This document shows, piece after piece, positions 22,800 through 31,010 of a stretch of DNA of 31,010 bases. Each line of letters starts with the position of its first letter. Within the stretch, counting starts at the first letter, position 1. The stretch is from Octopus sinensis (Eukaryota), in the NCBI RefSeq assembly GCF_006345805.1, contig NW_021833209.1:1-31010 (forward strand). The letters run 5' to 3'. The notes beneath the pieces are model-generated. The model did no database searches. It saw only the letters and a list, made by a program, of their open reading frames with translations, and had not been told where the DNA came from. Made by a program: the position numbers and the translations under genes.

Positions 22800-23180
22800 T
22801 CTATGTTTAGCCCCTTGTGGGTAGTAAAGAATTAGGTATTTCTTCTGCCGTTACGTTCTGAGTTCAAATTCCGCCGAGGTCAACGTTGCATTTCATCATT
22901 TCGGGGTCGATTAAATAAGTACCAGTTACGCACTGGGGTCGATATAATCGACTTAATCCCTTTGTCTGTCCTTGTTTGTCCCCTCTGTGTTTAGCCCCTT
23001 GTGGGTAGTAAAGAATTAGGTATTTCTTCTGCCGTTACGTTCTGAGTTCAAATTCCGCCGAGGTCAATGTTGCATTTCATCATTTCGGGGTCGATTAAAT
23101 AAGTACCAGTTACGCACTGGGGTCGATATAATCGACTTAATCCCTTTGTCTGTCCCCTCTATGCTTAGTCCCTTGTGGGG
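22800..23180 (+). mobile_element. Tandem duplicated body of SINE family C (about 178-bp unit, twice)
   Basis: AGCCCCTTGTGGGTAGTAAAGAATTAGG..GTCGATATAATCGACTTAATCCC repeated at about 22808 and 22992. Confidence 0.85.
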
Positions 23181-23239
23181 AATACAGAAACAGATAAATA
23201 GGAATAAACAAAAGTGTCATTTTACAAGGAAAATAAACA

Positions 23240-23637
23240 TAGGCGCAGAAGTGGCTGTGTGGTAAGTAGCTTCTTTACCAACCACATGGTTCCGGGTTCA
23301 TCCCACTGCATGGCACCTTGGTTAAGTGTCTTCTACTATAGCCTCGGGCCGACCAAAACCTTGTGAGTGGATTTGGTAGATGGAAACTGAAAGAAGCCCG
23401 TCGTATATATGTATATATATATGTATGTGTGTGTATGTGTTTGTCCCCCTAGCATCGCTTGACAACCGATGCTGGTGTGTTTACGTCCCTGTAACTTAGT
23501 AGTTCGGTAAAAGAGACCGATAGAATAAGTACTAGTCTTCCAAAGAATAAGTCCTGGGGTCGATTTCCTCGACTAAAGTCGGTGCTCCAGCATGGCCACA
23601 GTCACATGACTGAAACAAGTAAAAGAGTAAAAGAGTA
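23240..23637 (+). mobile_element. Full-length SINE family B
   Basis: AGGCGCAGAAGTGGCTGTGTGGTAAG head and (TAAAAGAG)n tail, ending about 12 bp from the exon donor site. Confidence 0.9.
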
Positions 23638-23654
23638 TTGCGAAGTGAACTTAC

Positions 23655-23789
23655 CTCGGAATATGCAAGTCTTGAGAAGTCTGGTGTCAGATAATATTTG
23701 ATGCCGTCTAGGGCCCCCGGCAGTGTTGCCCCACGAATCATAAGAATGAACAGGACAACATATGGGAATAAGGCAGTAAACCACACAAC
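23655..23789 (-). CDS. DAT: SLC6 dopamine transporter-like, internal exon (135 nt, phase 0-0): [45 protein letters not shown] (TM5 region)
   Basis: Acceptor cag|GTTGTGTGG and donor GAG|gtaagt. The peptide matches the SLC6 TM5 signature [16 protein letters not shown] as recalled from Drosophila DAT. Confidence 0.96.
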
Positions 23790-24059
23790 CTGGGTGAATG
23801 AGGAAAAAAAAGGGAAAAGAGGGAATTTGTTTAGTAAAATATATACGGTTATAAAAAGGGTTTCTGTTTTGAAATTGGCAGAAAATAGACATTCCCTGAG
23901 TACACAGGAATCAGTTTGAATCAATATATACAGGGTGTTTCAAAAATTTTGATATGGGCTGACCAAAGCCTTGCATGTGAATTTGGTAGACGGAAACTGA
24001 AAGAAGCCTGTCATATGTATATAATATATAATATTTAAAAAAAAAAATAAATAAATAAA

Positions 24060-24230
24060 GGCGCAGGAGTGGCTGTGTGGTAAGTAGCTTGCTAACCAAC
24101 CACATGGTTCCGGGTTCAGTCCCACTGCGTGGCATCTTGGGCAAGTGTCTTCTGCTATAGCCCCGGGCCGAACAATGCCTTGTAAGTGGATTTGGTAGAC
24201 GGAAACTGAAAAAAGCCTGTCGTATATATG

Positions 24231-24261
<31 letters not shown>

Positions 24262-24485
24262 GTGTGTGTATGTGTGTGCGTTTGTCCCCCTAGCATTGCT
24301 TGACAACCGATGCTGGTGTGTTTACGTCCCCGTCACTTAGCGGTTCGGCAAAAGAGACCGATTGAATAAGTACTGGGCTTACAAAGAATAAGTCCCGGGG
24401 TCGATTTGCTCGACTAAAGGTGGTGCTCCAGCATGGCCACAGTCAAATGACTGAAACAAGTAAAAGAGTAAAAGAGTAAAGAGTA
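24060..24485 (+). mobile_element. Full-length SINE family B (plus a partial copy at about 23955-24020)
   Basis: Head at 24060, internal (TA/TG)n, (TAAAAGAG)3 tail. Confidence 0.9.
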
Positions 24486-24821
24486 AATAAATAAATTAAT
24501 TAAATAATAATAAAATATATATATATATATATTTAAAAATTTATAAGTATAAATTATTAATTTAAATAATTTTAAAAATTTTAACTTTAATTTAAATATT
24601 TAAAATTTTGAATTTTATATTTTATATATTTTTTATTAATTAATTTTATTTCTATGTATTGGTTTAGGATTTTCACTGTTTGATTTGCCTAATAGAGGTT
24701 TTATCTCTAATTTAATATAATATATATATATATATTTACTGTAGGAAAAAATTTTTTCGGAAAAAAAATTTTATCAATGGCCAGCATATTAAAAAATACC
24801 TTTAACGGTTAAAATTATAAA

Positions 24822-24978
24822 CAACTTATAAATAAGGGCAAAAGAAAAAATTTCTAATGCCAAATATGCCAAAAAGTAGCGTGGATATTGTGAAAAATTA
24901 TATGGTTATGCACAATATGTCCGATTTTCAGCATATTTGGCATTAGAAATTTTTTCGTTTGCCCTTATTTATAAGTTG
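24822..24978. repeat. 48-bp inverted repeat pair with a 61-bp spacer (MITE-like); right arm repeated at 25466-25528
   Basis: 24822-24869 versus 24931-24978 show a single mismatch. Confidence 0.88.
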
Positions 24979-25165
24979 CTTATATATATATATATATATA
25001 TATAAGATTAATCAGCCGAAATTGCGAAGATGATCCGGTTCTTGACTGAAGATTGAAGGCTTCGAATGACCCGTCTGTGTTTTTTGTGTCGTCCTCTAAA
25101 TGTTTCACGTTCTTGTCCCAGTTTGTATATTTTTTTACTTTTACATATATATATATATATATATA

Positions 25166-25465
25166 TACTAGCAGTATCGCCCGGCGTTGCTTGGGTTTGT
25201 AAGAGATATAACTATATAACCATTTTTAGAGAGTTACTTCCCTTATATAATAGGAAAAAATGCATTAAAAATGGGATAAAATGATGGTAATTTTTTAAAA
25301 AATCGTAGACACATCGTAGACCCGCGCTAATACCCAGAAAGGCTCGATATGAATCACGACTATAAGATACCCGGTTTTGGTTAAACTGCACCGCAAAATG
25401 TGGGAGTAGTTAGGAATCTAAATCGTAGGAGACAGACACACAACTTCACTTTTATATATAAAGAT
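25166..25465 (+). mobile_element. Non-autonomous Helentron/HINE-like rolling-circle element
   Basis: Starts TACTAGCAGTATCGCCCGGCGTTGCT.GGG (subterminal hairpin), ends TATATATAAAGAT, and sits in an AT/TA context. A second copy is at 30156-30556. Confidence 0.65.
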
Positions 25466-25553
25466 ATGTCCAATTTTCGGCATATTTCGCATTAGAAATT
25501 TTTTCGTTTGCCCTTATTTATAAGTTTTTATATATAATATATATATAATATAA

Positions 25554-25609
<56 letters not shown>

Positions 25610-25619
25610 AGTTAATTCA

Positions 25620-25790
25620 AACAAGAAAGCACAAAAAAACATAACAACGTGAGGAGGTGGAACAATATAGTATTATTGGACGCTCAGGAAAGAAGGAAAG
25701 GCGGAGGGTTTAACGTTTCGAGCGGAGCTCTTCCTCGGAAACATAGGAGAAGGGAAGATCCCGAAAAGGGAAGACAGGGGAAAATATATA
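25620..25790 (-). mobile_element. Penelope-like terminal fragment with a degenerate hammerhead motif (25708-25742)
   Basis: The minus strand reads GUUU-CCGAGGA-A-GAGC UCC GCUC-GAAACGUU-AAAC. Confidence 0.6.
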
Positions 25791-26079
25791 TATCTATATA
25801 TATATACATATATATATATACACATACAGGATTAAAGCAAAAAATTATTTCGTGTGTGTGTGTGTGTGTGTGTATTCGACGATTCACTCCATATCTATGT
25901 TCGTTCGAGCTGTTTATGTGTGAGTGATGAAGAAAGGAAAAGATAAGGGACTGTAGTCATATTAGGACTCGGTGGTTTGTAGGGAGTCAAAGGACATGAT
26001 CTGGAATGTTTCTGTTGGCATCGAGACACATGTAAGCGAAGCTGACTGATCGTTGCTGATTGTATGATGGTTCGATTTC

Positions 26080-26730
26080 CCAAGAGGAGCAATAGGAACA
26101 AGATGGAGGGGGAGGGGGAGAGGGAGAGGGATGGGGAGGAGGAGGCGGAGGAGGAGGGAGGAGGCGGAGGAGGAGGAGGAGAAGAAGAAGAAGAACAAGA
26201 AGGAGAACAAGAAGGAGAACAAGAAGAAGAAGAAGATGAAGGAGGAGGGGAGGGAGGGAGGAGGAAGAAGAAGGAAAAAGAAGAAGGAGAAGAAGAAGAA
26301 GGAGGAGGAGAAGAGAAGAGAAGAAGGAGACGAAGAAGGAGACGAAGAAGGAGGATGAGGAGAAGAAGAGGATAAGAAAAGAAGAAGAGAAGAAGGTAGG
26401 AGAAGAAGAGGAAGAAGAAGACGAATACGAAGACGAGCATAAGAAGAAGAAGAAGAAAATGAACGAGAAGAATAAAGAAGAAGAATGGAGAAGAGAGGAG
26501 AAGAATAGGAGAAGAAGAAGAAGATAATAAGAAGGGAAGAAGAGAAGAGGACGAAAAGAATGAGAAGAGAAAGAGAAGAATGAGAAGAAGAAAAGAAGAG
26601 AGAAGAAGAAGAAGAGAGAAGGAGAAGAAGAAAATGAGGAATGAAGGAGATAAGAAGGAGAGGGGAGAGTAGGAGGAGAAGGAGGAGAAAAAAGATGAAG
26701 AAGACATAGAAGAAGAAGAAGAAACTATTC
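26080..26730. repeat. Polypurine (GAA/GGA/GAG)n tract of about 650 bp
   Basis: Almost pure A/G on the + strand. Confidence 0.95.
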
Positions 26731-27127
26731 CTCTTCTTCCTCCAAACCCACTCTGAGCCGAATTATGAATTACGAATAAATATATCAATTATAGGCTAAA
26801 CTAAATAGCAGAAAGTCATTCAACCGTAAAATATTGGTTAATCAGTTCCACAGTTGAGTGAAGAATCCTCACTCCTGCTGTTGCTACTACTACTGCTGCT
26901 GCTCCTGCTCCTGCTGCTGCTACTGAAAATACTACATCAAAAAAAAAAAAAAAAGTGTTTCCACTCTGCAATTATTACGAAACAAAAATCAAAGAAAACC
27001 GATCACAAAAATTCCTCCGATGCACTTCAAAGATCAAAGGATAAATCTGATGGAATCAATAAGTTTTTCTTCTTCCTTGATCTGACCCCTGATGACCTTA
27101 AAAAATCCTTAACCGATTCCTGTTTTT

Positions 27128-27176
27128 TTATTATTGTTATTATTATTACTATTACTATTATTATTACTACTACTAC

Positions 27177-27212
<36 letters not shown>

Positions 27213-27268
27213 TACTATTATTATTATTATTATCATTACTATTATTATTATTATTATTATTACTATTA

Positions 27269-27304
<36 letters not shown>

Positions 27305-27321
27305 TACTATTATTATTAATA

Positions 27322-27352
<31 letters not shown>

Positions 27353-27525
27353 TATTATTACTACTACTACTACTACTAATATTATTATTATTACTATTAT
27401 TATATTATTATTATTACTATTATTATTATTATTATTATTATTACTATTATTATTATTACTATTATTATATTATTATTATTATTACTATTATTATTATTAT
27501 TTTATTATTACTATTATTATTATTT
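27128..27525. repeat. (ATT/ACT)n microsatellite
   Basis: Direct observation. Confidence 0.95.
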
Positions 27526-27975
27526 TATGTTTGACTTTTGCTTTACGTTTGTACAAGTTGGCTCCAAGTCTCACCCAGAGACCTCAAGAGACAACAAGTT
27601 GGAAGTTCGTGTTGGTGTTATGCCTAGGGTGCCATATATTTGGTTTTGTACTTAGCGTTGTACTAGTGAATATTTAAAAAAAAAACATACGAAAATTATG
27701 TTTGTTTTAAAACATGAGATTACATAGAAAGTATTTTGTGTAGGATATGAGCAGTTCCCATGAGCACTACCTTTTGAATTTCTGCCATTTTGGGGTTTCC
27801 TGGTATCTGAGTTAGGTATCAATCAGCCCCTTTTGCTATCATTCCCAGGGCACCTATGACAACAGGTATTGTTTTAGTCTTCAGGTTCCACATTTTGCTG
27901 ATTTCTATTTCAAGATCTTTATATTTGCTCAGTTTCTGGCAGGTCTTGACAGATACATTTATATCGATTGGGACA
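27525..27975 (-). mobile_element. 5'-truncated R4/Dong-type non-LTR retrotransposon (C-terminal part of the RLE endonuclease plus 3' UTR)
   Basis: 27974-27720 translates to VPIDINVSVKTCQKLSKYKDLEIEISKMWNLKTKTIPVVIGALGMIAKGAD*YLTQIPGNPKMAEIQKVVLMGTAHILHKILSM*. The K..KY..L and IPVVIGALG motifs fit RLE domains. One internal stop; (TAA)n on both flanks. Confidence 0.85.
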
Positions 27976-28014
27976 TTATTATTATCATCATCATTATTAA
28001 TTACTATTATTAAG

Positions 28015-28228
28015 GAAGTGAGCTGACAGAATCGTTAGCACACTGGGCAAAATGCTTAGCCGTATTTCGTCAGCCACTATGTTCTGAGTTCAAATTCCAC
28101 CGAGGTCGACTTTGCCTTTCATTCTTTCGGGCTTGATTAAATAAGTACCAGTTATGCACTGGAGTCAATGTGATCGACTATTCCCCTTCCCCCAAAATTT
28201 TCATGGCCGTGTGCCTAGAGTAGAAATA
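28015..28228 (+). mobile_element. SINE family C copy with (AAT)n tail
   Basis: AAGGAAGTGAGCTGACAGAATCGTTAGCA head and GAGTTCAAATTCC B box. Confidence 0.85.
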
Positions 28229-28263
28229 ATAATAATAATAATAATAATTATTATTATTATTAC

Positions 28264-28308
<45 letters not shown>

Positions 28309-28628
28309 TTTTTTTTTCCTCTTTCAAATTTGCTTCCATTTCTTGCCGGGTGTCTTCCCGATTCCTAGGGCAAAGAAACTCATAGTATACATTGGTAGGC
28401 CATTAAACTAAACTAAATAGTTCGTTCACCTCAAAAGAACGTCATTGATTGGTTGAAATTGCCGAAATGCAAGAAATTAAACAACAAATATCTTACAAAC
28501 TACAGAATTTTCTCAAGAAAGCCAAGAGAAAAAGATGTTTTATGTAACACATTCTACCAGTATACGAAGTTTAAAAGTGTTTAGTTACAAAGAAATTATT
28601 TTAAAAATCTGCCGGTCAAACCGAAAAG

Positions 28629-28666
<38 letters not shown>

Positions 28667-28783
28667 TCTCTCTGTCCACCCCTCTCTATACGTAGAAGTG
28701 TCAGTACGATTATTTTAAAGCAACAGTTATCAAATCCAACAAGCCAAAGAATTATTAATACATACATAAGACAGTAGAATGTT

Positions 28784-29280
28784 TTGAGGGAGATTTGGCT
28801 GCTATTTCTACCATTTCTAGCTACCATGTAGAGATCTCCCTCATTGGCTCATACATACATATAAACATACGTAAGATAGTAAGGTGTGATTTGAGGGAGA
28901 TTTGGCTGCTATTTCTACCATTTCTAGCTACCATGTAGAGGTCTCCCTCATTGGCTCATACATACATATAACATACGTAAGATAGTAAAGTGTGATTTGA
29001 GGGAGATTTGGCTGCTATTTCTAACATTTCTAGCTACCATGTAGAGGTCTCCCTCATTGGCTCATACATACATATATACATACGTAAGATAGTAAGGTGT
29101 GATTTGAGGGAGAATTGGCTGCTATTTCTACCATCTCTAGCTACCATGTAGAGGTCTCCCTCACTGGCTCATACATACATATAAACATACGTAAGATAGT
29201 AAGGTGTGATTTGAGGGAGATTTGGCTGCTATTTCTACCATGTCTGGTTACCATGTAGACGTCTCCCTTATTGGCTCATC
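28784..29280. repeat. About 4.7 tandem copies of a 106-107-bp unit with an internal GAGGGAGA/TCTCCCTC inverted octamer
   Basis: GAGGG starts at 28786, 28893, 28999, 29106 and 29213. Confidence 0.92.
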
Positions 29281-29369
29281 TAAAATATAAATTCCGTTCT
29301 GTCTGGGGGTTCTTTGCGCTTTAAATCGAGTATTGTTCAATCAAATCGCGGTGAAATTTTAAACATGTA

Positions 29370-29778
29370 GGCGATCTTTCGTCTCTAGTAGACCTTTCCG
29401 TCGATTTCCGTAAAAAATTTTTTTTTTTACATATGGGCTTGCGGGAACATTTGAAGTAATATACATACATATACACATACACCGAGTAAAAAATTTCAGT
29501 TATCTCTCTCTTTCACACATTACTCTGTCTCTTCACACACACTAACAGAAGCACTTCACTTACACAACATACTGTCTGTCTCCCACACCCCATCAAACAC
29601 ACACACACACACACACACATGTACGGTAACTTCAAAAGAACTTCCCTCGTCATACAATCGCTTTCTCTTAGTCTCTTTCGCTCTCATTACTTCAAAAGTT
29701 CCCGCAAGCCCATATGTAAAAAAAAAAAAATTTTTTACGGAAATCGACGGAAAGGTCTACTAGAGACGAAAGATTGCC
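29370..29778. mobile_element. Long inverted-repeat (about 91-bp arms) foldback/MITE-like element
   Basis: 29370-29460 and 29686-29778 are near-identical reverse complements around a (CA/CT)-rich spacer of about 225 bp. Confidence 0.8.
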
Positions 29779-29780
29779 AA

Positions 29781-29814
<34 letters not shown>

Positions 29815-29849
29815 AATATTATATATATATATATATATAATATATATAT

Positions 29850-29970
29850 ATGAGAATTTTTTGCGTAATACGATAAAAAACAAGGCTGTGTAGATATTAG
29901 AGCATTTATAGATATAAATGCTCTAATATCTAGTCTTGGTTTTTTATCTTATTACGCAAGAAATTCTTAT
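29850..29970. repeat. 121-bp imperfect hairpin with a perfect 20-bp core stem
   Basis: TAGATATTAGAGCATTTATA-GA-TATAAATGCTCTAATATCTA (29891-29932). The outer arms ATGAGAATTTTTTGCGTAATA.GATAAAAAA also pair. Confidence 0.88.
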
Positions 29971-30155
29971 ATTACACACGGTGAGATTGAACCAAGTTGA
30001 ACCCTTATTCGCAATATTACCGAATCTGGGGACTTAACTATGGTCTGTCTATAGCACTTATTCAGCATTACCTGACACCTTTGGGTCTCAAAGACACCAT
30101 TATCTCATATATATTATATATATATTATCTATATATAATATATATATATATATAA

Positions 30156-30556
30156 TACTAGCAGTATCGCCGGCGTTGCTCGGGTTTGTAAGGAAATAAC
30201 TATATAAGCATTTTTAGAGAGTTATAGCCAAAATATAGCAAAAAAATGCATTAAAAATGAGAAAAAAATGATGGTAATTTTTTTTTAAATCGTTGACTCA
30301 TCGTAGACATTTTTAGAGAGTTACTACCCTTATTTAATAGCGAAAAAATGCATTAAAATGGAAAAAATGATGGTAAATTTTTTTTTTAATCGTAGACTCA
30401 TCGTAGACGCGCGCTAATCCCAGAAGGGCCTCGATATGAATCACGACTATAAGATACCCGGTTTTTGGTTAAACTGCACCCGCAAAATGTGGGAGTAGTT
30501 AGGAATCTAAATCGTAGGAGACAGACACACACAACTTCACTTTTATATATAAAGAT
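30156..30556 (+). mobile_element. Second Helentron/HINE-like element with an internal duplication of about 100 bp
   Basis: Same termini as 25166-25465. The CATTTTTAGAGAGTTA..TCATCGTAGA block is repeated. Confidence 0.65.
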
Positions 30557-30744
30557 ATATATCTATATTCCTCATGCATTCCAAAACCGAGTTACAGATT
30601 TTGACTTAAGGGGTATCACAAGGTTCAGTACTATTTCGGCTACAAATTAAACTTAATTTCCATTCACATATTTGCATTTCAAAAGTCTAACATTATAATC
30701 CTTTCCATAAATCAAATATCGTAAACATCTTATATGAAGACATC

Positions 30745-30842
30745 ACATTTTCTATGTATGTATGTATGTATGTATCTATCTGTCTCTATCTCTCTCTCTG
30801 TCTCTCTATGTATCTATCTCTATCTATCTATCTATCTATCTG

Positions 30843-30891
<49 letters not shown>

Positions 30892-31010
30892 ATCTATCTG
30901 TCTCTCTCTCTCTCTCTCTCTATGTATGTATCTATCTCTATATCTCTCTCACTCTATCTATCTATCTATCTCCCTCTCTCTATCTGTCTATGTATCTATC
31001 TATCTATCTA
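30745..31010. repeat. Compound (TATG)n/(TATC)n/(TC)n microsatellite
   Basis: Direct observation. Confidence 0.95.

Noticed and set aside
25015-25075. Third hammerhead-like string (CTGAAGA..GAAGGCTTC-GAA)
   Set aside because: Stem II would have a 1-nt loop, GAAA and the NUH site are missing, and there is no stem I.
25895-26788. 297-aa S/F/L/P-rich ORF and E/G/K/R-rich ORFs on the + strand
   Set aside because: Products of the polypurine tract.
30695-30720. Minus-strand LWKGL resembling the upstream TM4 exon motif (LWKG.K.SGK)
   Set aside because: Followed at once by a stop, with no splice sites. The true exon must lie beyond the window.

Overview
AT-rich, repeat-saturated eukaryotic genomic DNA. 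The SINE families and microsatellite style suggest an octopus or other coleoid cephalopod (inference). The window holds eight internal coding exons of a minus-strand SLC6 (SNF/NSS) neurotransmitter:Na+ symporter that closely matches invertebrate dopamine transporters (DAT). The exons run 23789 to 11410, have lengths 135/104/125/113/129/100/101/168 nt, are all GT-AG and phase-compatible, and splice to 975 nt (325 aa, about TM5-TM12). The upstream exons lie beyond the right edge, and I could not identify the terminal exon(s). Introns contain tRNA-derived SINEs (several tandemly amplified), CR1-like and R4/Dong-like LINE ends, Penelope-like termini, a hAT MITE with 8-bp TSD, Helentron-like elements, palindromes and large mini/microsatellites. 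Top observations: (1) minimal Penelope-type hammerhead ribozyme motifs, core-intact on the antisense strand and core-mutated on the sense strand; (2) a 1-kb minisatellite built from the 5' splice-site hexamer GTAAGT that starts at the real donor; (3) a degenerate 45-bp repeat that keeps a 155-aa solenoid/LRR-like antisense ORF; (4) a SINE whose two halves were independently amplified. Nearly all listed six-frame ORFs are microsatellite or SINE artefacts.
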